A DNA stretch of 63,785 nucleotides, filler included, from Octopus bimaculoides (taxonomy: Eukaryota): the NCBI RefSeq assembly GCF_001194135.2. It is 6 parts of 6 records of this genome, joined end to end, with 100 filler letters (N's around TTAATTAATTAA, not from the genome) between each part and the next. Parts side by side here need not be neighbours in the genome. Positions count along the whole stretch, not along the records: positions 38,673 to 54,470 come from NC_068997.1; positions 54,571 to 61,464 come from NC_068988.1; positions 61,565 to 63,785 come from NW_026371242.1; 3 more parts are not named here. One strand, 5' to 3'. The notes beneath the pieces are model-generated. The model saw only the letters and a program-made list of their open reading frames with translations, was not told the DNA's origin and searched no databases. Below are positions 52,664 to 63,280 of this stretch, piece by piece. The number at the start of each line of letters is the position of its first letter. Positions within the stretch are counted from its first letter, which is position 1. Both the position numbers and the translations under genes were made by a program.

Positions 52664-53794
52664 CACACATCTGTCTATCTGGAAAAAAGATAGGCAGACA
52701 GGCGGATAGATAGATAGGGAGATAGACAGACAGACACAGAAAGACAGATAGAGAGAGAGAGACAAATAGATAGATAGATTGATAGATAGATACTAGACAT
52801 AACATGTGCATCACATCGCAAATATTAATTCATCAAAAACAAGGCATTTATCAAGGGAAGAGCTAACAGGAAATTCAAAATATATTAAATTAGAATTATG
52901 ACAACGTCTACATAAAAAGCAAAATGAGATTCGATATATCTCGAATATACCACACTCCCATACAAAATAGTTAAGTGCAAATTTAACGCTATACATCTAC
53001 TCACATATACATATACACGCATATACGCATATCCACATACATACATACATAAATATATATTATATATGTACATACATATTTATATACATACATGCATATA
53101 TATATATACATACATGCATATATATATATACATACATACTTTCATACCTACGTACACACATACACATATTGGTTTCTAGATGGATAAATGGATACCTATA
53201 TATAGATACTTGTATAAACAGAGTAATTATTGTTTGATAATTTTAGCTCCCTAAACTAGAGCAATGCTAGGATTCGATTTTAAGCATTTACTACATACCC
53301 ATAGCTAGATAACTGGTTACGGAAGCAATATTATTGATATATATCAGAATACTATGCTAAACATAACTGACGTTACAGCAGCAAATCCGATAACGTAGAA
53401 CACTACTGATCTACAGTCAACTTCTGGGCAGAAAATTCTGTTTGAATATGACTTCTACCATTAAAAAAATATGTGTTTTTACAGGAGTCAGATATATTGG
53501 TAAGGATCATTACGAGGAGGAAGTTTGAAAAATTAAATACATATAAGTGAAAATAGCCACGCACGTATATTATACGATAAAGAGAAAAATCCACACCGCA
53601 ACAGCTTTTTTCCATTTTCTCACTTGTAGTGAAACGATAAAGGATAAAGTTGGCGCCATTCGGAGCATAGAAACTCGATGCGATCTCTTGGAAACTTTAA
53701 CGATTCTAAGATTTAGCTGTTTGATTTATTCATATATATACATTTATACATGCATATAGATACAAACACATACACTTACACATATTCATGCATG

Positions 53795-53846
<52 letters not shown>

Positions 53847-53847
53847 T

Positions 53848-53948
53848 GTTAGACAGAATGAGATAACAACGCGAAGGCTGCGGGGAGTTTTCAGGAAATA
53901 GTCTTACAGCTGTTTCTGGGATATCGTGGATATCCCTCCATCAGAAAC
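53848..53948 (-). mobile_element. Penelope-like pseudo-LTR fragment, same family as 25299 and 28016
   Basis: Shares GAGTTTTCAGGA...GTCTTACAGCTGTTTCTGGGATA with the other two copies. Confidence 0.75.
53901..53948 (-). ncRNA. Minimal type I hammerhead ribozyme motif (variant)
   Basis: GTTT-CTGATGG-A-GGGATAT-CCACG-ATATCCC-A-GAAAC-AGCT-GTA-AGAC: stem I GTTT/AGAC, 7-bp stem II, palindromic stem III ACAGCTGT, cleavage triplet GUA. The core is CUGAUGG rather than CUGAUGA. Confidence 0.7.
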
Positions 53949-54410
53949 GTTGTGAGAATGTTATATAGAGGAAAGATATGAGTTCGGATTGTTATGGAAA
54001 AGGAGGAGATAGGGAATATTTATATATATACGATGGACTCTCCTGTCGCCAGATGACGTATGAGTGTTCGGCAATTTCTTACCGAACAACCAAACATGAT
54101 TTGTTTATATTGATCAAATGTTTGTGTACACATAAGCTTGCTCCCGCCATCAGATCCACATAACCTGTGTAGGTACGAAGGGTGACACATGTGAGATGAA
54201 GAAATGATCGCAGCGCAACCTGAAAGGCAGTGCTTTGCTCAAGAACACAACGCAACGCCCGGTCTGGTTTGCACATATTTGGAAAAAGTATGATCATTTA
54301 GTGAAATTATTTTATATCTATACCAGAGTCTGTTGTTTTAACCTGCCATGAAATATTTTGAAATGTATTCTGTTCGTGTTCGTTATGTTACAGCACAATT
54401 ATGCATGTAC

Positions 54411-54470
<60 letters not shown>

Positions 54471-54849
54471 NNNNNNNNNNNNNNNNNNNNNNNNNNNNNN
54501 NNNNNNNNNNNNNNTTAATTAATTAANNNNNNNNNNNNNNNNNNNNNNNNNNNNNNNNNNNNNNNNNNNNTTGTCAGACTGCTAAATAATAGGAACATAA
54601 CCACACCAACACCAGTTGTCAACTGATGGTGGAGGACAAACACAGACACACAAACACACATGTATATATACATATACATATATACGACGGGCTTCTTTCA
54701 GTTTCCGTCTACCAAATCCACTTACAAGGCTTTGGGCGGCCCGAGGCTATAGTAGAAGACACTTGCCCAAGGTGTCACGCAGTGGGACTGAACCCGGAAC
54801 CATGTGGTTGGTAAGCAAGCTACTTACCACACAGCCACTCCTGCTGATT

Positions 54850-55055
54850 TCAAATTTTGGCACAGGGCCAGCGATTTTGGGGGAGGGGCTAAGTTAATTA
54901 CATCGACCCCCCCCCCGTGCTCATATCTGGTACTTATTTTATCAACCCTAAAAGGATGAAAACAAAGTTGTCCTCGGTGGAATTTGAACTCAGAACGTAA
55001 AGACAGACAAAATACTGCTGAGCATTTTGCCTAACAATTCAGGGCAGCTCGCTGA
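54850..55055 (-). mobile_element. SINE family B
   Basis: Reverse complement of the family B consensus. Confidence 0.75.
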
Positions 55056-55127
55056 CTTTATTCAGAAAATAGCCATCAGCAAAAACAAAATCAGATCTTA
55101 ATCCAATAGTATTTCTATTTATTTCAG

Positions 55128-55209
55128 TGTTGTAGAATACGCAAGTCATTTACATGAACATTTCTTGAATCCTGTTCAAGTAAAGAATGGTTACTACCAA
55201 GTTCCATTA
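55128..55209 (+). CDS. ENOSF1: ENOSF1 (L-fuconate dehydratase, rTS) penultimate exon
   Basis: TTTATTTCAG|T GTT GTA...CCA TTA|GTAAGT. 82 nt encoding VVEYASHLHEHFLNPVQVKNGYYQVPL, matching human VCEYVDHLHEHFKYPV...YMPPK as recalled. Confidence 0.93.
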
Positions 55210-55810
55210 GTAAGTTCGAAGAATTTGCTTTCATATGTCATACACACACATTCATATATAAAGTACAACAGACTATCTCCTCTCCCCTACCTGCCCTCCA
55301 ACTCATGTATTCTTGATTGACATTTAACCTTACCCAGTTTTTTTTACAGTTGTCACCTACTCTTCCCTCTTCCCAACTGCCCCTACTTATCATCCTTTGA
55401 CACATATCATTCTTTATCATCCCTTGACACCTAATATTCCCCTTCTCCCCTATTTGTTATCTCTAACCATCTCTTATTCTCCCAAGCACTCTTGTAACTT
55501 CAACCCACTCACACTTCCTGTTCTCCCGTCTGCTGTTACTTCAAATCATCTCATATCTTGAGCATTCACTCTGATTCCCTATCATCACAGTTTTTTATCT
55601 CTTTCCAGTTCCACCCAAGCCACTTTCACCCTCTCATCTATAATATGAGTAGCTGTGTAGTTACTCTGCAGCAAGAAACCTATTCTATTCTAGCCCCGTC
55701 TTTCACAGTTTAATCCTTTTGCCCCGTAGCATAAATCCACCTCTCTCTTTATTGCAGCCCACTCAGTCAAAGAGGATCTTCGTTTTGTAGGCTGTATGAT
55801 GACCCCACAA

Positions 55811-56185
55811 GTGGAGGCGCAATGACCCAGTGGTTAGGGCAGCGGACTCGCGGCTTCGATTCCCAGACCGGGCGTTGTGAGTGTTTATTGAGCGAAAACA
55901 CCTAAAGCTCCACTACGCTCTGGCAGGGAATGGTGGCAAACCCTGCTGTACTCTTTCACCACAACTTTCTCTCACTCTTACTTCCTGTTTCTGTTGTGCC
56001 TGTAATTCAAAGGGCCAGCCTTGTCACACTGTGTCACGCTGAATATCCCCGAGAACTACGTTAAGAGTACACGTGTCTGTGGAGTGCTCAGCCACTTGCA
56101 CGTTAATTTCACGAGCAGGCTGTTCCGTTGATCGGATCAACTGGAACCCTCGACATCGTAAGCGACGGAGTGCCAACAACAACGG
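55811..56185 (+). mobile_element. SINE family A in the last ENOSF1 intron
   Basis: Family A with (CAA)n tail. 14-bp TSD TGACCCCACAAGTG at 55800-55813 and 56186-56199. It interrupts an older repeat that continues to about 56400. Confidence 0.93.
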
Positions 56186-56998
56186 TGACCCCACAAGTGC
56201 TGGTGCCACAAAGAAAAAAAAAACAAGAGCAACCAGTACATTCTGTAAAGTGTTTGGCATTAGAAAGGGCAGCCAAGTGCGGAAGTCATGCCAAAGTAGA
56301 CATTGGTACATGATGCACACCTTGGATCCATCGGATCTCGTGAAACCATCCAACCCATGCCAAAAGGGAACGTGGATGTTCAATGATGATAATCACCATT
56401 GTCATCATCATTACTCATTCCCATCATCATCATCATCATTATCATCATTACTACTATCATTGCCATCTTTTTATTAAATCTAATGTCCCCCTTACTCTAA
56501 TTGTGCTGTGTGGGGGACCCAATGTTTCCTCTGCATCTCATAAAAGGTAACTAAAAGAGGTTCCGGTAGGATTTGTACTCTGACCTCGTAAAACCCTCAC
56601 CAACAACGACTGCTTATACAGACCCATGGGTTGCAGGGTTGTCCACCAGGAATAGTAGGGGTGTCACCTACAAATAGTGGATGCAGTGACACACTGTTAC
56701 AGCACATGTTACTACTACTTCTTCCACTACTACTACTACTACTATAACATGCTAAACAATTCCACAATACTACCACTCTTCATCCATTTCTTCCTCATCT
56801 GGCCACTTTTATGGATTTTCCCTATTTCAAATTTCCTCCGGTTGTCCAGGAATTCACCCTCTGCACTTCCTTTCTCTGTCTCTCTACTTCATGTTCTTTG
56901 TAATTCCAATGCTAAAAAAAGGGAAACAAATTGATAAAAATCTCTTTCATATTCCAGCAATGTTTTTATCATTAAAAAAATGGTACTCCGCCAGTTAT

Positions 56999-57285
56999 AA
57001 TGTCAATGGTTACAATGTCAATGCCAACATTTACAATGCCAATGTCAATTGACGATGTCAATGTCAATTGACAATGCTGATACCAATACTAATGCCAACA
57101 ATCAATGTCAATGTTAACAGCTACAATGTCAACTGACGATGCCAGTATCAGTAGCAATGTCAGCATGTGCAGTGTCAATTGGCAATGTTAATGTCAATTG
57201 TTACAATGTCAATTGGCAATGTCAATGTCGTTGCCGATGTCAACAGTCACAGCCAATGTCAACAGTTACAATGTCAATGTTAACA
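56999..57285. repeat. Degenerate AATGTC-based minisatellite
   Basis: Repeated CAATGTCAAT variants. Confidence 0.8.
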
Positions 57286-57889
57286 GAACAGCCTCCTCGT
57301 AAAATTAATGGGCAAATACCCTTAACATAGTTCACAGAGAGATTCAGTGTGGCACAGAAGGTGATTTAAAGGCTGGCCCCCTTTAAATTACGGGTACAAC
57401 TCAGTTTTGCCAGCTGAGTGGACTGGAGCAACATGAAAAAAAATGTCTTGCTCAAGGATACATGCATTGCTGGGATCGAACTCATGACCTTACAATCACA
57501 AGCTAAATACCTTAACCATTAAGCCGCACACCATCTTTTATTATAACATGTTTGTAAACAAACTAATTATTATGATAATATATTTATAACTAAGGAGAAA
57601 AACAACTAGTTTTAAATCTCTGAGTAAGAAATATGTAGTAACAGCACTGTACAGTAAACTGTATTTGCCAACGCAAAGTGGAAGTCGTACTAGAAAGTGG
57701 ACAGCAGACTCCCTTGCTTACAGTATACGCACTCAGATCATGTGTTGGTAGTCAGCTGGAAAAGATGTTTTCCTGGGGCTAAAATGTAGCAATATCGTTC
57801 TACATTTACTTTGGCAAATAGGTTTTAATCTTCGTAACTAATTTTCTGAAATGGAAGATGTTTCATTATTGTTGTCTTATGACTTTCAG

Positions 57890-57997
57890 AAACCAGGATT
57901 CAGTTCTGAGATGAAGGAATCTTCCCTGAAAGAATTTGAGTACCCCAATGGAAGTGAATGGCAAAAGCTATTTGTGGATGGCCTCTTTACCCCATGA
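57890..57997 (+). CDS. ENOSF1: ENOSF1 terminal coding exon
   Basis: GACTTTCAG|AAA CCA...CCA TGA encodes KPGFSSEMKESSLKEFEYPNGSEWQKLFVDGLFTP*, matching human DPGYSTEMKEESVKKHQYPDGEVWKKLL. Phase 0 agrees with the previous exon. Confidence 0.93.
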   Translation, partial: KPGFSSEMKESSLKEFEYPNGSEWQKLFVDGLFTP

Positions 57998-58138
57998 AAG
58001 AATTCACTCGTTATTAATTAATAATTGGAAGAAAGAAATAACTAAATTGACTCTGGTTCATTTTTTTTATTGTTGTTTTAATTGTTTATCAATATTTTGA
58101 GAATGTTAATTATATATGATTCTGGAAGATAATTACCA

Positions 58139-58144
58139 AATAAA
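58139..58144 (+). promoter_or_regulatory. Candidate polyadenylation signal of ENOSF1
   Basis: First AATAAA after the stop codon, followed by T-rich sequence. Confidence 0.4.
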
Positions 58145-58287
58145 TGCCATAATGGCATCTTCTCAGATTTGCCAAAAACTGACCAATAATTCTAAGTTTC
58201 AATATCTTTAATTGACAATTTTTTTTCTGTTTCCTGTACCATATTAAATCTTATAATAATAATGATGATGATGCTGATGATGATGAT

Positions 58288-58451
58288 TTCAAATTTTTGC
58301 CACAAGGGCAGCTTGGGGAGAAGGGATTAATTCGATTACATTGACCCCAGTGCATGACTGGTACTTATTTTATCAACCCCGAAAGGATGAAAGGCGAATA
58401 ATAATAATAATAATAGTAATAATAATAATAGTAATAATAATAGTAGTAGTA

Positions 58452-58500
<49 letters not shown>

Positions 58501-58697
58501 TAGTTTCTACTATAGGCACAGGACCTGAAATTGGGGGAGGGAGATAGTAAACTACATAATCCCCAGTACTTGAATGGTACTTTTTTCGTCAACCCTGACA
58601 GGGTGAAAAGCAAAATCAACCTCATCGAAATTTGAACTCAGAATGTGAAGATGGATAAATGCTGCTAAGCATTTTTGCTCCACGTGCTTGCCACCTT
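58288..58697 (-). mobile_element. Two SINE family B copies separated by an (AAT/AGT)n tail
   Basis: Partial copy 58288-58397, about 100 bp of AAT repeat, then a second copy 58503-58697. Confidence 0.75.
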
Positions 58698-59493
58698 AAC
58701 AATTATAGAAATATTGACAAATAAAGATAAAGAAGTGAAAGAAAACCAGTGGGTGTGTTTATTATTGGCATGATGACCCTCCCAGTACAGAACAAAATAT
58801 AGAAATACAATTTTGATGAATGTTTTTACAGTTTTAATTTGTTTTAGCTTTGTTAATAAACAACATCCTTCTCTCTATTTCCCTCTCTCTCCCTTTTATC
58901 TTTCTCTTTACAAGCTAAGCACAGTCATGTTAAACTATGGTACATGTGAATACAGGTGATGACACTATAAAGAAAAACTAAAGAAGAGACATATATGTGT
59001 AAACATAGACTTCTCAACAGCAGTTACCTTACATTAAACATTATTATAAAGTAAATATACGGATATAGAGACATGGCAAGATAACAGGAAGACACATATA
59101 GCCATAGCTTCTGTTGTAAGTTGGTAAAACATGTTGAAAAACTAACAACTACACTAGAAACAATTCATCTTTTAACAAAGCCACTGGTGGTCACCTCCAA
59201 ATGGAAAAAATATCAATGGCCTTCAACTTCAATAATTAACCAATCACAGCTAAGATCTTACCACCTTTTTCTTTTTCTTTTTTTTTTGTTATTAAAACTG
59301 TAACACATGACAAAGGATGAAAATTAACCTTTGGGTTATAAATGATAATGATATCCAAGATAATTATTCTCGTTTGTTAAATAATCTTTATAAAAATAGA
59401 ACCACAATTTAGGTCAAACACCGAATATTAGAGAATAAATTTGACAAGAAAACCATTCGAGACATTGTTTCTCTTAGTTTATATGAATGCAAA

Positions 59494-59574
59494 ATGGAAG
59501 CAACAATCACTGGATATTCTTTACATGTTGTTAGATTCCTCACGTCTCTTGGAATGCATGGTTCTGATGCAATG
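59494..59574 (+). CDS. ENOSF1: Second ENOSF1-type first coding exon (tandem paralogue or relic)
   Basis: AAAATGG Kozak. MEATITGYSLHVVRFLTSLGMHGSDAM|GTAAGT aligns to human MVRGRISRLSVRDVRFPTSLGGHGADAM and ends at the same DAM| phase-0 junction. Confidence 0.85.
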
Positions 59575-59789
59575 GTAAGTATTTTATTTGGTATTCCACC
59601 ACAGAAATATTTCATAATCTTCAGTTAAAATGTTATTTTGATAGAAATATCTTTTTAAACTGTCTCCTTGATTTGAAATTCAATGTAAGCTTCTGTTGTT
59701 CTGGAATTCAACAAGGAATCACAGAAATAACCAATATTATTTCTATATCTAAAAAAAGAATTCTTGTGATCACAGAATGTTAAGGTTAA

Positions 59790-60297
59790 TGAAATGCTGG
59801 TCAGTTTTGCCCACTGTGCTAACGTCTCTGCCAGGTCACTACCTTTATAATAATAATTCTTTCTATTATAGGCACAAGGCCTGAAATTTTGGGGTGAGGG
59901 GCATAGTCGATAACATCAACCCCACAATTTCACTGGTACTTAATCTATTAACCCCGAAAGGATGAAAGGCAAAGTTGACCTTGCCAGAATTTGAACTCAG
60001 AACATAGCGATCGGCAAAATACCTTTCATCCAATGCGCTAACGATTCTGCCAGCTTGCCATCTTAATAATTATAATAATAATGATTTCAAATTTTGGCAC
60101 GAGGCCAGTAATTTTTAGGGGAGAGGCTAAGGCAATTACATCAACCCCAGTGCTTAACTGGTACTTGTTTTACCAATCCTGGAAGGATGAAAGGCAAAGT
60201 TGCCTTCAGCGGAATTTGAACTCAGAACGTAAAGGTGGATGAAACGTCTCTAAGCATCCTGCCCAGCATACCAACACTTCTGCTAACTTGCCATGTC

Positions 60298-60331
<34 letters not shown>
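59790..60331 (-). mobile_element. Chain of three SINE family B copies with (AAT)n tails
   Basis: Partial head 59790-59845, copies 59862-60060 and 60083-60295, each bounded by TAA repeats. Confidence 0.8.
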
Positions 60332-60332
<1 letters not shown>

Positions 60333-60902
60333 GATAGCACCGGGCTGAATAACAACATGGATGTGCTACACCGGGCTTCCTATACAAAAACAAATCTAAT
60401 CCAATAACATCGATGGAATTAGGCAAAAGAACCGGTGGAAGATTTGAAGGAAGCGGTCTTTTAACGAAGATAATTTTTTTTTAAATATTTTTATTCTTAA
60501 AAAATGAAATTTTACTGCCATACAAAGCACAGGTCCTCTTATGCACGATGTCTCAGTGAAACACGTGCTATCACACACGCAAAACCAACACCGGAAAGTT
60601 TACAAACTATATAAAAAAATGGAACAAAATAGTAAGTACATATATTGAATAATTACGCATACACTCGAACGTGTACACAATGATATATACATTTTGATAC
60701 CCATAGAACTTCACATGCATCTTAATGTTTACACAACTACGTGAAATTTACAGGACACACTCACACATACGAAAACACATATCACAAACGAAGTAAAACC
60801 AAAACTTTTTTTCTTCTTTATTTATTTTCATTTTGTGAACAAACACAGACAGTGAACCATTCATAAGTTTAAAACGCCACACACAAACAAAAAAAATACA
60901 CT

Positions 60903-61464
60903 ATGCCCGGAGATAAACCTATCAACAAAAAAAATACAGATGAATACCGATCTGCTAGCCTTAAAAAACTACGCTACGAGCAATGTTTACATGCTGAGAA
61001 CTCGTTGACGGTGTTGTCTCAAAAAACTGACCCTAAACAGACAAATCCGTCTCCTAATGTCAACGCCAAAGCTCGTCAAGCCTCAATGATAACAAAGCAG
61101 ATCACAAACCACATTGGTCGTCGACCGAATCACAAAGGGTCACTTACTCGATATAGATCTGCTAGCCCTAAGAAGCTACGTCACGAGAGCTCGGAGACGG
61201 TGTTGTCTCAAAAAATTTACCCTAAACAGCCAGATCCGTCCCCTAGCGTCAACGTCGAAGCTTGTTATGTCTCACTGTTAATAAAACAAAATACAAACCG
61301 GAATGGTCATCGACCGGGTTATAAAGGACCACTTACTCGGATAATGGACCAGATCCGAGACGAGAAATCTGCTACTGGTTCAAATCTTCCCGACACACAG
61401 GAACTGGAAGTACCCCACAACCGGAATATTCCAACAGATGGCCATCCATGCTCGTCATCAAATA
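60903..61464 (+). CDS. Uncharacterised open frame (about 187 codons, truncated by spacer) with an internal 63-69-aa tandem repeat
   Basis: ATG at 60903, no stop before the contig end. Two copies of YRSASxKKLRxE...TVLSQK..PKQ..PSP.VN...KG.LTR. Could be the start of a retroelement ORF. Confidence 0.45.
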
Positions 61465-61947
61465 NNNNNNNNNNNNNNNNNNNNNNNNNNNNNNNNNNNN
61501 NNNNNNNNTTAATTAATTAANNNNNNNNNNNNNNNNNNNNNNNNNNNNNNNNNNNNNNNNNNNNTATATATATATATATACATACACACAGATACATATG
61601 TTTGTCTGTGTGTAAGTGTGTGTATATATAATGTGTGTGTGTATATCTATGTGTGTCTGTGCTTGTCTTTGCTCACCCCTCATTTTGAAAATCAGTGCTG
61701 GTATGTTTACGTTCGCGTGACTTAGCGGATTGGCAAAAAGAAACCGAAGAATGAATAAATACCATACTTTAAAAAATAAGTACTGAGATTGATTTACATG
61801 CTTAAATCCTTCAAGGTGCTACTCCATCATAGCCGCAGACAAATGAGTGAAACAAGTAAAGCACAAAAAATAAAACATACTTATTAAACGAATCACGCTT
61901 TCATTCTCGATTATGCAAATATTTATACTTTTCGTTTTTACTTTTAG

Positions 61948-62048
61948 GAAGTAAATGGAAAACAAGGGAGTTAACTTACAAAATTCTTCGAGCACCTACC
62001 GGACTTACGCATTACGAAGTAGAAAGGGAAATAAGACGAGCTTTTAAG
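61948..62048 (+). CDS. MMP: Matrix metalloproteinase (M10A) exon, start of catalytic domain
   Basis: TTTTTACTTTTAG|GA AGT AAA TGG...GCT TTT AAG|GTAAGT. 101 nt, (G)SKWKTRELTYKILRAPTGLTHYEVEREIRRAFK, fits the MMP pattern KW-x3-LTY-x-I...V-x3-I-x-RAF. Confidence 0.92.
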
Positions 62049-62857
62049 GTAAGTGAATACAAATATCTATGATTCTACTTTCTAATNNNNNNNNNNNNNN
62101 NNNNNNNNNNNNNNNNNNNNNNNNNNNNNNNNNNNNNNNNNNNNNNNNNNNNNNNNNNNNNNNNNNNNNNNNNNNNNNNNNNNNNNNNNNNNNNNNNNNN
62201 NNNNNNNNNNNNNNNNNNNNNNNNNNNNNNNNNNNNNNNNNNNNNNNNNNNNNNNNNNNNNNNNNNNNNNNNNNNNNNNNNNNNNNNNNNNNNNNNNNNN
62301 NNNNNNNNNNNNNNNNNNNNNNNNNNNNNNNNNNNNNNNNNNNNNNNNNNNNNNNNNNNNNNNNNNNNNNNNNNNNNNNNNNNNNNNNNNNNNNNNNNNN
62401 NNNNNNNNNNNNNNNNNNNNNNNNNNNNNNNNNNNNNNGTTAATAATATAGCCTAAACAGGATAAGCTACCCCTCCCGTAACCTAGCAGTTCGGTAAAAG
62501 CGGGTGATAGAATGGGTAAGCAGTTTTAAAAGATAAGCTGAAATTCTGACATGGTCTACTAAGCCATTTAAAACTTTGCCCTAGAATGGCCGCACTGAAA
62601 CAAATAAAAGAAAAGTAATGCAATGAGAATAATAAAACACCGTTGCAGACAAGAGACAAAGGAGTAAAGCAATGGACACTATAAAGAGCTCTGGTCATTT
62701 TACCTCTCTATGCAGACTCTTCGGTCGTTCCTGTTTATGTCGAACCGAAGTCTTTGGGCATCATTAACTTTGCAACATACATTGACACCTTTCGTAAATA
62801 TTCGCGAAGCCAACCCAAGATGTGTGTGCGTGTGTGTCTAGTATTATTTATTGTCTA

Positions 62858-63280
62858 AGGTGACGAGCTGGCAGAAACGTTAGCACGCCAGGCGAAATGC
62901 CTAATAGTATTTCGTCTGCCGCTACGTTCTGAGTTCAAATTTCGCCGAGGTCGACTTTGCCTTTCATCCTTTCAGAGTCGATTAAATAAGTCCCAGTTAC
63001 GCTCTGGGGTCGATATAATCGACTTAATCCATTTGTCTGTCCTTGTTTGCCCTTTCTGTGTGTAGCCCCTTGTGGGCAGTAAAAAAGAAGAAACGTTACC
63101 GCTCTGGGGAAAATGCTTAGCTGCATTTCGTTCGTCTTTAAATTCTGAGTTCAAATTCCGCTGTTGTCAAATTTCGGGGTCGACAAAATAAGTGCCCGTT
63201 GAGCACTGATGTCGATGTAACTGACTTACCCCTCCGTCGAAATTGCAAAACTTGTGACACAATTTGAAACCAATATTATG
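62858..63280 (+). mobile_element. Two consecutive SINE family B copies, the first with an alternative 3' tail
   Basis: First copy ends AATCCATTTGTCTGTCCTTG...AGCCCCTTGTGGGCAG instead of the usual AAATTTCAGGCCTTGTGCC tail. Confidence 0.8.

Noticed and set aside
59409-59615. 68-aa minus-strand ORF
   Set aside because: Antisense shadow of the ENOSF1-type exon.
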